NCBI GenBank assembly: GCA_965224245.1
Contig: OZ245046.1
Location: 2,176,001 to 2,240,000, forward strand
Source of the DNA: Candidatus Eiseniibacteriota bacterium
GTDB lineage: Bacteria > Eisenbacteria > RBG-16-71-46 > CAZAMP01
Direction of reading: 5' to 3'
Length of the DNA stretch: 64,000 nt
Under the pieces are notes generated by a model, which saw nothing but the letters and a program-made list of their open reading frames with translations, did not search any database and was not told the origin of the DNA. This document shows positions 33,248 to 43,530 of this stretch, in pieces (within the stretch, counting starts at the first letter, position 1; every line of letters begins with the position of its first letter). Both the position numbers and the translations under genes were made by a program.

Positions 33248-35449
33248 TCAGCCCGCCCACTTCGCGTCGTTGGGATCGGCGTCGGTGGGCATGAGCTCGC
33301 GCACGACCTCGGTGACGCCACGCACCTTCTTCACCGCGCGCATGACCCGCTGGAGGTGCTTGACGTTCTGGACCTCGACCAGGAACACGCCCCGCGCGTC
33401 GGAGCCGTACGACTCGATGTCCGCGCGCCGGATGTTGGTCTTGGTGCTGGAGATCGCATTGGCCAGATCGGCCAGGAGGCTCTGCCGCTCGCTCCCGTAG
33501 ATGACCAGACGCGCCAGGAACGACGGAAACCCGTCCACGTCCCATTCGATCTCGACGCGACGGTCGGGCCCCACCCGCTCCTCGAACGCGTTCGGACAGT
33601 CGGCGCGGTGCACGCTGATGCCCCGCCCGCGGGTGATGACGCCCACCACGGGCTCGCCGGGAATGGGGCTGCAGCATCGGGCGACCCGGAACATCAGGTT
33701 GTCCATGGACTCGAACCGGATGCCGTGGCCGGGTCGGAACGGCCGGCTGTCGCGGATCTTCTGAAGACCCTCCTTGAACCGGCCCGTCTTCTCCTCCGGC
33801 GGATACAGCTTGTTGGCGACCTGCTGGGCGGAGACGTCTCCGGTGCCGAGCGCCGCCAGGAGGTTCTCCCTCGAGGGATACCCCAGCGCCTGCGCCACGT
33901 CGTCGAGCTCGCGGTCGCGCGGGAGCTTCTTCCGTTCCTTTCGAAGGTGCTTGTCGATGAGCTCGCGCCCCAGCTCGATCGACTCGTCCCGGAGCCGCGC
34001 GCGCACGGCCTGTCGGATCTTCGTGCGAGCCTTCGGGCTCTTGACGACGTTCAGCCAGTCGCGGGACGGCTGTGACGCCTTCGACGTGATCACGGCGACG
34101 GTCTCCCCGTTCCGGAGCTCGTAGCGCAGCGGCACGAACCGGCCGTTCACCTTCGCGCCGACCACGTGATCGCCGAGGTCGGTGTGGACCGCGTAGGCGA
34201 AGTCGATCGGGGTCGAGCCGGCCGGGAGCTTCATCAGATCGCCCTTGGGCGTGAACACGAACACCTCGTCTTGATAGAACGACGTGCGCAGCGAGTCCAT
34301 CACCTCCTCGGGATCGCTGGTCTCCTCGATCGCCTCGCTCGCCGCCTTCACGATGCCGGCCAGCTGCTCGGTGATGCCCGGGTCCGCGTCTCCGCCTTCC
34401 TTGTACGAGTAGTGTGCGGCCACGCCGAACTCGGCCACGTGATGCATGCGCCAGGTCCGGATCTGGACCTCCACCATCCGGTGCTGCGGCCCGTACACCG
34501 TCGTGTGGAGCGACTGGTACAGGTTGCTCTTCGGCGTCGCGATGTAGTCGTCGAACCGGTCGCCGACCGGCGTGAAGAGCCCGTGGATGATGCCGAGAAT
34601 CCGGTAGCAGTCGGCCGTCTCGGTGGTGATGATGCGGACGCCCAGGAGGTCGTGCAGCTCGTCGTAGGGGATACCCGTGCGCTTCGACTTGTTGTAGATC
34701 GAGTAGAAGTGCTTGGGACGACCATAGACGTCGGCCTCGATCGACGCCTTCCCGAGCTCGGCCTCGATGACGCCGCGGAACTCGGCGATCAGCTCCTCGC
34801 GGACCGCGCGCTTGGCGTCGACCTTGGACGCGATCTCCTTGTATGCGATCGGATCCAGGTACTTGAGGGCCAGATCCTCGAGCTCCCACTTGATCTTCCC
34901 GATGCCCAGGCGATGGGCCAGCGGCGCGTAGATCTCGCGCGTCTCGCGCGCGATGACCCGCTGCTTCTCGGGAGACATGTACTGGAGCGTGCGCATGTTG
35001 TGGAGCCGGTCGCAGAGCTTCACCAGGATCACACGCAAGTCGGCCGACATGGCCAGGATGAGCTTGCGGAAGTTCTCGGCCTGCTGCGCCTCGGGGTTCG
35101 TGAACGACAGGCCGCTGAGCTTCGTGACCCCGTTCACCAGGGACGCGACCTCGGGGCCGAACTCCTTCTCGAGGTCCCGCACCGTGACGCCGGTATCCTC
35201 GATCGTGTCGTGGAGAAGCGCGACGCACACCGCGACCGTGTCGGTCCGCTGCTCCATCAGCTCGATCACGCCGAGCGCGACCTCGAAGACGTGAATGACG
35301 AACGGTTGTCCCGACCGACGGGTCTGGCCGTGGTGGGCGTCGATCACGAACGTGCACGCCTTGCGGACGACGTCCATGTCGACGGCGGCGCCCTGCTCGG
35401 CGAGGGCGGCGAGGAACTCGTCGCGCTTGGTCAGTACGGTTGGATCCAC
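33248..35449 (-). CDS. rel: Bifunctional (p)ppGpp synthetase/hydrolase (long RSH)
   Basis: Intact HD (LLHDTIEDT), [14 protein letters not shown] and EVQIRT motifs, plus TGS, ZFD and ACT domains. Confidence 0.95.
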   Translation of the reverse strand: MDPTVLTKRDEFLAALAEQGAAVDMDVVRKACTFVIDAHHGQTRRSGQPFVIHVFEVALGVIELMEQRTDTVAVCVALLHDTIEDTGVTVRDLEKEFGPEVASLVNGVTKLSGLSFTNPEAQQAENFRKLILAMSADLRVILVKLCDRLHNMRTLQYMSPEKQRVIARETREIYAPLAHRLGIGKIKWELEDLALKYLDPIAYKEIASKVDAKRAVREELIAEFRGVIEAELGKASIEADVYGRPKHFYSIYNKSKRTGIPYDELHDLLGVRIITTETADCYRILGIIHGLFTPVGDRFDDYIATPKSNLYQSLHTTVYGPQHRMVEVQIRTWRMHHVAEFGVAAHYSYKEGGDADPGITEQLAGIVKAASEAIEETSDPEEVMDSLRTSFYQDEVFVFTPKGDLMKLPAGSTPIDFAYAVHTDLGDHVVGAKVNGRFVPLRYELRNGETVAVITSKASQPSRDWLNVVKSPKARTKIRQAVRARLRDESIELGRELIDKHLRKERKKLPRDRELDDVAQALGYPSRENLLAALGTGDVSAQQVANKLYPPEEKTGRFKEGLQKIRDSRPFRPGHGIRFESMDNLMFRVARCCSPIPGEPVVGVITRGRGISVHRADCPNAFEERVGPDRRVEIEWDVDGFPSFLARLVIYGSERQSLLADLANAISSTKTNIRRADIESYGSDARGVFLVEVQNVKHLQRVMRAVKKVRGVTEVVRELMPTDADPNDAKWAG

Positions 35450-35453
35450 GTCG

Positions 35454-37163
35454 TCAGTCCGTCTTCAGATCCTTCACCTTCAGCTGTACCGATTCGCGAC
35501 CGCGATAGCGGTTGATCGTCGGTACGAAGACCAGCGAGAAGTGCTGCCCGGGCTGCGAGATCGACTCGGCGCGGTCGCCGAGTCCGAACGCGATGCACTC
35601 GCGCGTGTGCCCCTCCTGATAGGCGGTCAGGCGCAGGTGCTGACCCTGGTCTCCCGTTCGGCGCGGCGGCTCGAGCAGCTGCAGCTCGTGGCACACGAAC
35701 ATCGGCTCGGGATTCTCGTAGCCGAACGGTGCCAGACGTTCGCACAGGAGCGCCAGCTTGCGATCGCTGTCCTTGAGGCGGACGGCCTCCTCGATGTGCA
35801 GCCGCGGCCGGCGGTCCAGCTCCGAGAGGGGGCCGCGCGCGTTCGCGATGAACCGCTCCCGGAACGTCTCGAGGTGGGTGGTGCGGATGGTCAGACCGGC
35901 CGCGTACTTGTGTCCCCCCCACTCCTCGAGGAGATCGTTGCAGCCCGAGAGCGCCCCCACGAGATCGAAGCCGGAGATCGATCGGCCCGAGCCGCGTCCC
36001 TCGCCGTCGTCGACGGCCATCAGCACCGCCGGCACCCGGTAGCGCTCGACGAGGCGCGACGCCACGATCCCCAGCACGCCCGAGTGCCAGTCCGAGGACC
36101 ACAGGACCAGGGGCTCGGCGCGGTCGCTGCGGCCCAGCGCCTCGACCATCCCGATCGCCTCCTCGAGCATCGCCTCGTCGATCTTGCGCCGGTTCACGTT
36201 GTTGCGCTCGAGCGTCGCGGCCAGCGTCTTGGACTCCTCGGCGTCCTCGGAGAGCAGGAGCCGGATGCCGGTCTCGGAGTCCCCGAGACGCCCGGCCGCG
36301 TTGATGCGGGGCGCGATCACGAACGCGACGTGCCCCGAGTCCACGCGCCGGCCGCCGAGCCCGACGGCGTCGAGCAACGCGCGCACGCCCACCTTGTCCG
36401 AGCTCGACAGCCGCTCGAGCCCGATCTGCGCGAGCACGCGGTTCTCGCCCTGAAGCGGTACGACGTCGGCGATGGTCCCCAGCGCGACCAGGTCGAGATT
36501 GTCGTGCAGCGTGCGGGTGGCCGACTCGTTTCCGGTCACCAGCGCCTCCAGGAGCTTGAAGGCCACGCCGACCCCGGCGAAGTCCTTGAACGGGTACTCG
36601 CAGTCCGGCCGTTTCGGATTGACCACCGCGATCGCGTCGGGCATCGAGGCGCCCACCTCGTGGTGATCGGTGACGACGGTGTCGATTCCGTGCGTGTTCG
36701 CGTAGGCCACCGGCTCGAGCGCGCCGATGCCGCAGTCCGCGGTGATGATCAGCGAGACCCCCTTCGAGCGGGCGTAGTCGATCGCGCGGTTCGACAGCCC
36801 GTAGCCGTCGCGGATGCGATGGGGGATGAAGTGCTCGACGCCGGCTCCGAAGCTCCGGAGCACCCGGACGAGCAACGCGGTCGCCGTCGTACCGTCCACG
36901 TCGTAGTCGCCGTGCACGAGCAGACGCTCGCCCGATTCGAGCGCGCGCCGGACGCGGTCCACGGCACGGTCGAGGTCCTTGAGTCCGCTCGGGTCGGCGA
37001 GGTTGGCCAGATCGGGGTACAGGAACGAGGTCGCGGACGCGGGCGTGTCGAAGCCTCGCCGCACGAGCAGCCGGGCAAACTCGGCGGGGACCTCCAGCGC
37101 CCCGGCGACCGTCGCCGTCGCCGCGGGATCCGGGGGGTCGGCTACCGTCCACGCGGTCTCCAT
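35454..37163 (-). CDS. recJ: Single-stranded-DNA-specific exonuclease RecJ
   Basis: GDYDVDG, TDHH, GTIADVV, PRINAAGR and GGHKYAAG motifs. Confidence 0.95.
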   Translation of the reverse strand: METAWTVADPPDPAATATVAGALEVPAEFARLLVRRGFDTPASATSFLYPDLANLADPSGLKDLDRAVDRVRRALESGERLLVHGDYDVDGTTATALLVRVLRSFGAGVEHFIPHRIRDGYGLSNRAIDYARSKGVSLIITADCGIGALEPVAYANTHGIDTVVTDHHEVGASMPDAIAVVNPKRPDCEYPFKDFAGVGVAFKLLEALVTGNESATRTLHDNLDLVALGTIADVVPLQGENRVLAQIGLERLSSSDKVGVRALLDAVGLGGRRVDSGHVAFVIAPRINAAGRLGDSETGIRLLLSEDAEESKTLAATLERNNVNRRKIDEAMLEEAIGMVEALGRSDRAEPLVLWSSDWHSGVLGIVASRLVERYRVPAVLMAVDDGEGRGSGRSISGFDLVGALSGCNDLLEEWGGHKYAAGLTIRTTHLETFRERFIANARGPLSELDRRPRLHIEEAVRLKDSDRKLALLCERLAPFGYENPEPMFVCHELQLLEPPRRTGDQGQHLRLTAYQEGHTRECIAFGLGDRAESISQPGQHFSLVFVPTINRYRGRESVQLKVKDLKTD

Positions 37164-37268
37164 CGTCGATCCCTTCGGTGGCGAATCCGATGCGGGGCCA
37201 CCCATGGAAGGACGTCGGCGGCAGCCCCTCCTTTTCTGGAAAAGGCCTCGAACTCTTTGTGTGACAGG

Positions 37269-37298
37269 ACGCTATCAGGGAGCGAGGAAACGTGTCAA
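37269..37298 (-). promoter_or_regulatory. Candidate sigma70 promoter for recJ-rel-dtd-maf
   Basis: TTGACA-N18-TAGCGT with TGn extension; the -35 overlaps the upstream stop codon. Confidence 0.55.
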
Positions 37299-38632
37299 CG
37301 CCGCTCGTCTGGCGTCCCGGCCGCCGCGTTGCCACCCGGCGCCGGCGTCCGAGGTGGAACGCGCGCCGGCGAGCCCCCGACGACCACGCGAAACGGCTCG
37401 GCGAGCGAGACTTTCCGCTGATCGCCGCTCGCCGGGTCGAGCCGATAGAGTCGCCCGGCCTCGGGCACGGCGACGAAGAGCGCTCCGGTCGACCGGTCCA
37501 CCGCGATCGAGGTCGCCGCACCGACGCCGGACACGGTGTCGGTGATCGACAGATCCGTCGCGCGACGGCGGATCGTCTCGCGCCCCTCGACGACCCAGGC
37601 GCCGTCACCGTCGGCGCACATCGCCAGTGGGCCGTCGATCACGCTGCGCCGCGCGGTGATGGTCGACGTGGCGAGATCGACGGCAATCAGCTCGTGGTCG
37701 ACCGAATCGCCCACGATCAGGGTCTCGCCGACCCGCGCCAGCATCATGCCGCTGAACGAGGCGTCGAGGACGGTGACGCTGTCGGCGTCGACGTCGGCGA
37801 CGCCGACTCCGTGATTCACGCCCAGAGCCACCAGGACGCGGTCGCGGACCGGATCGGCGACCAGGTCCCGCACCTCGGGAGACGCCTCGAGGGTGAGCTC
37901 GATCCCGCCGGCATCGGTCGCGATCAGGTCGGGCGTGCGACCCGGATACCAGCTCCCGACCCAGACGACGTCGTTCGAGGTGGGCGCGATCCGGTACGGC
38001 AGATCCACGCGGCGTCGCTCCATGATCTCGCCGTCGCGGTCGAGCCGGAGGATCTCGTCTCCGTAGAAGTCGGCCACCCAGACCGCGTCTCCGTGGGTGA
38101 CCTCGACGTCGAAGTACGGGCTCGGGGCCCCGGTCCGGAACCGGAGGGCACGGCCGTCGGGCGTGGTTCGGACCAGCCCGAACGGTGCGTTCTCCAGCAC
38201 CCAGGGTACCGCAGGCCCCGGCGTGGCCGGCTTCTCGGGCAGCGCGATCACGTCCCCCCCGTCCAGCCGGAGACGGAGCTCGTAGCGAACCGTGAGTCCG
38301 TTCACGAGATCCGTGTCGCGAGCCGCGGTCACCGACGTCTCGAGCTCCGACAGAAGCGCGAAGTCCGCCTCGTCGACCGCGCGCCAGAGCTCGAAGCGCG
38401 TGAGCCCCTCGGTCGGGAGCGCCGCCCAGCTCACGTCGACCGCCGCGTCGTCGGCCCGCGCGCGCAGCACGTCGGGCCGACCGGACGTGTCGGGGTTGCC
38501 GGGGTCGAGCGGGTTGGTCCGCTCGCGGTCGTCGCACCCCGCGATCGAGATCGCGAGCGCCAGCGCCAGCGCGGGGCAGAGTGCCCGGCCGCGACGGGAC
38601 GACCGGCCGTCATCCGGTGTCAGTAGCGCCAT
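37295..38632 (-). CDS. Putative lipoprotein with an FN3-like domain and an NHL/Vgb-like beta-propeller
   Basis: Lipobox IAGC followed by NPLDP; VDVSW...FELWR...D..L.NG..YEL FN3 pattern; repeated VWV(A/G) blades. Confidence 0.7.
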   Translation of the reverse strand: MALLTPDDGRSSRRGRALCPALALALAISIAGCDDRERTNPLDPGNPDTSGRPDVLRARADDAAVDVSWAALPTEGLTRFELWRAVDEADFALLSELETSVTAARDTDLVNGLTVRYELRLRLDGGDVIALPEKPATPGPAVPWVLENAPFGLVRTTPDGRALRFRTGAPSPYFDVEVTHGDAVWVADFYGDEILRLDRDGEIMERRRVDLPYRIAPTSNDVVWVGSWYPGRTPDLIATDAGGIELTLEASPEVRDLVADPVRDRVLVALGVNHGVGVADVDADSVTVLDASFSGMMLARVGETLIVGDSVDHELIAVDLATSTITARRSVIDGPLAMCADGDGAWVVEGRETIRRRATDLSITDTVSGVGAATSIAVDRSTGALFVAVPEAGRLYRLDPASGDQRKVSLAEPFRVVVGGSPARVPPRTPAPGGNAAAGTPDERR

Positions 38633-39561
38633 TGGAGCCCGATCCCGGTCCGATCGCGCGAGCGATCGAGAACCGGCGTGACGTCGTCCCGGAGGAAATG
38701 CCGGGTCAAGAGCCAGGCGCTGACGACCAGCCCCGTCTCGGCGGCGGCCCAGGCGATCGCCGCGTATCCGTCGTATCGATCGGCGCGGTCCAGGAGCCTC
38801 GACATGTCGGCCGGGATCGCCGACCGCTCGTACCCGGCATACGCGTCGTCCGCGACGTCCTTGTAGTAGATGGCGAGCCCGACACTGGCCGCGCTCGCGC
38901 CCAGTATCATCCAGTTCGTCAGCGACAGGCGGGCGCTCCCCACCGACGTGACGGGACCCGCGGGCTGAGCGGCGTCCACCGGACGCAGCGTGAACACGAC
39001 GTCTCCACCGCCCCGGAGCCGCTCGGCCGTGGCCGACTCGGCGTGGTATCCGTCCTTGCGGATGCGAACCCCTTCGCGGTCGCGCTCGCGCCAGCGCGTG
39101 ATGAGCGGCGTGTGCCCGATCACCCGCCCGTTCTTGACGATCTCGGCGTCCTGGGGGTCGGAGTCGAGTCGCACGAGGGTGCCCAGACGCTCCTCGACGA
39201 GCAGGGTATCGCCCGCCGCGACGTCGATCGTCCGCTCGGGCACCGGCTCGGGCTCGAACGCCATCGGCGGCATCGACCGGAACCAGACCCGATGCGGCCC
39301 CACCTCCAGCGGGCCCGACGTGATCGGCGTCAGGCCGAGGAAGCTCCCGTCCACGTAGACGTATGCACCCGAGGGCACGCTACGGAGGACGAGCACGCCC
39401 GATCCGTCGGCCGTCCCCTCGACCGCTCCACCCTGGTCCGGATCGGCGGCACTCGACGCACACGCCGGCGCCGCGAGCGCGCCCATGGCCAGCGCACACG
39501 CGATCACCGGCGTCCAGGCTCGGACGCGAGCGCGATCAGGAGTTCGACGATTCGTACGCAT
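38620..39561 (-). CDS. PEGA-domain envelope protein
   Basis: Two PEGA repeats (SVPSGAYVYVDG..LGLTP; SDPQDAEI..NG..IGHTP), a hydrophobic helical hairpin, and C-terminus GIGLQWRY. Confidence 0.8.
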   Translation of the reverse strand: MRTNRRTPDRARVRAWTPVIACALAMGALAAPACASSAADPDQGGAVEGTADGSGVLVLRSVPSGAYVYVDGSFLGLTPITSGPLEVGPHRVWFRSMPPMAFEPEPVPERTIDVAAGDTLLVEERLGTLVRLDSDPQDAEIVKNGRVIGHTPLITRWRERDREGVRIRKDGYHAESATAERLRGGGDVVFTLRPVDAAQPAGPVTSVGSARLSLTNWMILGASAASVGLAIYYKDVADDAYAGYERSAIPADMSRLLDRADRYDGYAAIAWAAAETGLVVSAWLLTRHFLRDDVTPVLDRSRDRTGIGLQWRY

Positions 39562-40702
39562 AGACGTGTCCCGCGTCGTCGACGGCGATCAGCACGTGTC
39601 CGGACACGAGCGCCGCCGTCCGAACCGGACGCTTCAGATCGACCGTGTGAATCACCCGGCGCGCCGACCGCGACACGATCTGGCACGTGGCCGTCATCGT
39701 GGTCACGATCACCGCATCGCCGGCCACCGCAGGCTTCGACCGGGAGACTCCGCGCAGCTGAACGCTCCAGGACAGCTCCCCGGTGTGCCGGTCCAGCACG
39801 TGGAGCCATCCGGCGGATCCGGTCACGAACACCTCGTCTCCGTCGATCACGACCGGCGCCCACACGTGCGTGTCGAGCTCCCGCCGCCAGTCGGCTGCGC
39901 CGGTGGCCACGTCGAGGGAGACGATCGTGCCGTCCAGCGACGGCGCGATGACCCGATCGCCGGCGAGCGTCGCCCCACCCCGGCTGCCGGATTCGAGAGG
40001 GACCTGCCACACGAGCGCGCCGTCCGCCGTGGCGTACGCGGCCACCGTGCTCGATTCGCCGGTCACGACGACCACGTCGTCGTTCGCGGCGAGCGGCGCG
40101 CCCCACCGGTCCTCGAGCTCCACCGACCACCGGGTCTCGCCGGTGTCCACGTCGAGCGCCATCAGGCCGTCGGTGCGATCGGTGACGTACAGCACCCCGC
40201 CGCGCACCACCGGTCCGCCGTACGGCACGAGGTCACGGCGCCACCAGGACTCGGCGCCGTCCTCGATCCCGAGCGCGAGCAGCCCGGGGTCGGGCAACGC
40301 GTGTCCCACGATCACCCGATCGTCGGCGACGATCGGCGCGGTCGAGGGCGCGCCCTTCAGCTTCTTCTTCCAGAACCCGCCCCCGTTGGCGAGATCGAGG
40401 TAGTGCACGCTCAGATCCGTCGAGGCGACGAGCACGCCGTCGCCGGCCAGACAGGCGTCGAAGTCGGGGCCGCGACCCGCTCGACGCTCCCACAGGAGGT
40501 ACAGCGGCGGCTCGAGGGACGTCGACCCGACGGCCCCCGTTCGCCTCGCGTCGCCCCCGACCCCCGGCCAGTCGGGCACGGTCGAGGGGGGCGTGCGAAG
40601 CGCGTTCGTGCCGCAGGACAGCCAGAGGCACGTCGCGGCCGGCAGCAGCATCGCGATCCACCGCGGGTGCCGCACGGGCGGCCTTCGACCGGGCGCACGC
40701 AT
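39536..40702 (-). CDS. BamB-like PQQ-repeat beta-propeller lipoprotein
   Basis: Lipobox-like WLSC and multiple ALD..TG...W PQQ-like repeats; ATG overlaps the stop of the upstream Omp85 gene. Confidence 0.8.
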   Translation of the reverse strand: MRAPGRRPPVRHPRWIAMLLPAATCLWLSCGTNALRTPPSTVPDWPGVGGDARRTGAVGSTSLEPPLYLLWERRAGRGPDFDACLAGDGVLVASTDLSVHYLDLANGGGFWKKKLKGAPSTAPIVADDRVIVGHALPDPGLLALGIEDGAESWWRRDLVPYGGPVVRGGVLYVTDRTDGLMALDVDTGETRWSVELEDRWGAPLAANDDVVVVTGESSTVAAYATADGALVWQVPLESGSRGGATLAGDRVIAPSLDGTIVSLDVATGAADWRRELDTHVWAPVVIDGDEVFVTGSAGWLHVLDRHTGELSWSVQLRGVSRSKPAVAGDAVIVTTMTATCQIVSRSARRVIHTVDLKRPVRTAALVSGHVLIAVDDAGHVYAYESSNS

Positions 40703-43530
40703 CAGTAGTTCCATCCGATGAAGAAGTCGCTCCGCGTCTTGGTCTCGAGCGACGTGAAGTCCGTGCGCCGGGCGAAGTCGAGCCGGAACACCAGGTAGCC
40801 CCCGAAGCTCATCCGGAGCGACGTTCCCACGCTGCCGAGCGGCGGCCAGGGCACGTCCTCGCCCGCGTTGAACAGCCAGCCCGCGTCGACGAAGAACGCG
40901 CCCTCGACGCCCGGGAACTCGACCGCGCCGAACGGGAACCCGATTACGAAGCCGTTGATGACCGGGAAGCGATACTCGTTGTTGACCAGGAGCGCCCGCG
41001 TTCCGAACAGCGACCGCCGCGGATAGCCGCGCAGGCTGTGGCTTCCGCCGAGCGTCCAGTAGCGGGGATCCGATCCGGTCGCGTACCGGCCCTGGATGCG
41101 CGTGGCCCACGTGGAGCGCTGCCGGACGCGATGATACCGACGCCAGTCGGCCAGGAGCTGCACGCTCTCGACGTCCGCCCGCGGGATGTCCACGGTGAGC
41201 CCCACCGACGCCTTGATCCGCGTTCCGTCGATCGGTCCGGTGGGCACCCAGAGCGAGTTGTCGTGCACCCACGAGAGGTAGTTCGTGGCGACCCACGCGC
41301 GCCGATCGACGCCGGTGGACTCGTTCTGCTTGTCCGAGTAGGCCAGCCCGATCGACGACTCCAGTCGCTCGAACTTCGAGAACGGGTAGTTGGCCAGGAG
41401 GCTCGCGCCGGCGCGCCGCTCGAAGAAGATGAAGTCCCGGTCGTCCCGGAAGTCGCCCGCGATGTGGTAGACGCTGTACCCGACGTTGAGGCGCTTTCGG
41501 AGGTTGAGATAGCTGAGACCGATGTTCATGCGCTTCAGGAAGTTCGAGCCTCGTTCGGAGGTGTTCCCGATCTGCGCGTACACGGCCTCGTCTCCCAGCA
41601 TGTCGGTGAACGCGAGCTGGGCGCCCTGCGCGTCGGTCAGGAGCGGATCGAACACGACGCCGCCCGCGGCGAAGTCCAGCGAGAAGCTCCGCCGGTAGCG
41701 CGCGGCCTCGGCCTTGCCGACGATCGCCGGATCGGTCCACCACCAGCCCGGCGCGACGTCGGCGTCTTCGAGGGCGACGACGTCGGTCGCGGTGCTCGAG
41801 TCGGCCCGGGCCTCCTCGAGCTCCAGCGAGTACACGTGATAGGTGCCCTTGGAGTAGCCGGTGAACAGAAGCGACTCGCCGTCGGCGGTGGGCCAGGGAT
41901 CCATGGCGCCGGTCAGGAACCGGGTCAGTCGACGGCCGTCGCCGTCGAGGTCCACCTCGTAGAGATCGGGAGAGCCCTCGCGCGTGGAGCTGAAAAACAC
42001 GCGTTCGCCGTCGGCCGAGCAACGGGGAGCGCTGTCGGTCCACGGTCCGCGTGTGAGGTAGCGTAGCTGGTGCGTCTCGACGTCGAGCACGAAGAGGTTC
42101 TTCGCGTCGTCCTCACCGTACTCGGTGCGATCGGACGAGAACACGACCGTGCGATCGTCCGACGCGAAGTCGGGGTCGGTGTCCTGATACACGTCGTGGG
42201 TCAGCCGCGAGAGCGTCTGCGTGTCGATCGCGAAGAGATAGAGATCCGAGTACGCGTCGTCCGAGAGCCCCTCGAACACGACGAGGCGCCCGTCGCGCGA
42301 CCAGGCCGGAGAGGCCAGCCCGAGCAGGTGATCGAACTGGTAGCGTCCGACGAGCCGGTGGGTCGTCAGGTCGAACACCATCAGCGCGTCGCGTTCGTGC
42401 CACTTCGAGACGAACGCCAGGCGCCCGTCCGCCGACACGTCCACCTTGCTGACGAAGGGATGGAGCGACTCGAACTGCGCATCGCGCTCGCCCTCGACGA
42501 CGATCTCGACGTCCTTCTCGGGTGCGTCGAAGGACGCGCTGTAGATGTTCGTGTAGCCCGAGCGCGGCGACACGAACAGGAGCCGTCGCTCGTCTCCCAG
42601 GATGCCCGCGGGCACCTCGATCGGCTTGAAGTTCACGCCCTTCTTGGTGAGCGCGCGCGCGGAGAGGGGGATCGACTGGCGCTCCTGGACGCGCGGGTAG
42701 AAGCTGCGCCGCTCGTGGAGATGCCAGCGCTCGGAGATCTCGGACACCGGATCGCCGGTCACCCACGCGAGCACGTCGGTGAACTCGGCGCTGATCCAGA
42801 GGTTGTCGTAGATGCGACTGATGACGTCCTCCCCGTACGTCTCGGTGAGGTAGCCCACCAGCCGCTGCCCGAGCTTGTAGAGCGTGAACGTGCCGTTGTA
42901 ACGCCAGAGCTGCTGGATCGGCGGGAGCCGGCCGTCGATCACGAAGTCGGCCAGGATCATCTCGCCCACGCCCGACCAGCGCTCGGACAGGTAGTCGGCC
43001 ATGCCCTCGGAGAACCACAGGGGGACGTGCGCGATGTTGTACCGGAAGTACTTCGTGTAGACGTTGCCGGTGAGCGCGAGCTGGAACACGTGGACGAGCT
43101 CGTGGTGGAGCGTGGTGCGGAACTGCGAGTACGAGCCGTTGAAGGGCATCAGCACCCGACCCTTCATGAACTCGGTGAGACCGGCCACGCCCTCGGGCAG
43201 GAAGAACGGCGTGACGTTGGTTTGCTGGAAGTCCTGGTGACTCGAGTACACGATCAGCGGAATGCGCCGCACGACCTCGGTGCCGAGCTGGTCGGCGAGG
43301 GCGGCATAGCTCTCCTCTGCCCACGCGAGCGTCCGGCGCGCGAGTTCCTCCTCGGCGGGGTAGAAGTAGAGATCGAAGTGGTCGGACTCGAGGACGTGCC
43401 ACTCGAAGTCGGTGTACTGGACCTTGTTCTTCCCGAACGCCGTGAACTGCGCGCCGGCGGTGGACACCAGCGCGCAGGCCGCGACACCCGTCGCGAGCAC
43501 GATCCAGCCGAGAGAACGGAAGGAGGCCAT
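40702..43530 (-). CDS. Omp85-family protein with N-terminal MA-clan zincin and TolB/PD40 beta-propeller domains
   Basis: Signal peptide then FGKNKVQY; HELVH...WFSEGMADY; PD40 repeats (SPAWSRDG, DPDFASDD); barrel with LGGSHSLRGY; aromatic C-terminus FFIGWNY. Start uncertain (43530, 43557 or 43500). Confidence 0.85.
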   Translation of the reverse strand: MASFRSLGWIVLATGVAACALVSTAGAQFTAFGKNKVQYTDFEWHVLESDHFDLYFYPAEEELARRTLAWAEESYAALADQLGTEVVRRIPLIVYSSHQDFQQTNVTPFFLPEGVAGLTEFMKGRVLMPFNGSYSQFRTTLHHELVHVFQLALTGNVYTKYFRYNIAHVPLWFSEGMADYLSERWSGVGEMILADFVIDGRLPPIQQLWRYNGTFTLYKLGQRLVGYLTETYGEDVISRIYDNLWISAEFTDVLAWVTGDPVSEISERWHLHERRSFYPRVQERQSIPLSARALTKKGVNFKPIEVPAGILGDERRLLFVSPRSGYTNIYSASFDAPEKDVEIVVEGERDAQFESLHPFVSKVDVSADGRLAFVSKWHERDALMVFDLTTHRLVGRYQFDHLLGLASPAWSRDGRLVVFEGLSDDAYSDLYLFAIDTQTLSRLTHDVYQDTDPDFASDDRTVVFSSDRTEYGEDDAKNLFVLDVETHQLRYLTRGPWTDSAPRCSADGERVFFSSTREGSPDLYEVDLDGDGRRLTRFLTGAMDPWPTADGESLLFTGYSKGTYHVYSLELEEARADSSTATDVVALEDADVAPGWWWTDPAIVGKAEAARYRRSFSLDFAAGGVVFDPLLTDAQGAQLAFTDMLGDEAVYAQIGNTSERGSNFLKRMNIGLSYLNLRKRLNVGYSVYHIAGDFRDDRDFIFFERRAGASLLANYPFSKFERLESSIGLAYSDKQNESTGVDRRAWVATNYLSWVHDNSLWVPTGPIDGTRIKASVGLTVDIPRADVESVQLLADWRRYHRVRQRSTWATRIQGRYATGSDPRYWTLGGSHSLRGYPRRSLFGTRALLVNNEYRFPVINGFVIGFPFGAVEFPGVEGAFFVDAGWLFNAGEDVPWPPLGSVGTSLRMSFGGYLVFRLDFARRTDFTSLETKTRSDFFIGWNY

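Noticed and set aside
39536-42043. N-terminally extended ORF-track versions of several genes (BamB-like, larA, purD, tamB, dxr, tsf, pilP)
   Set aside because: The extensions overlap upstream genes in another frame; starts were reset to overlap- or RBS-supported codons.
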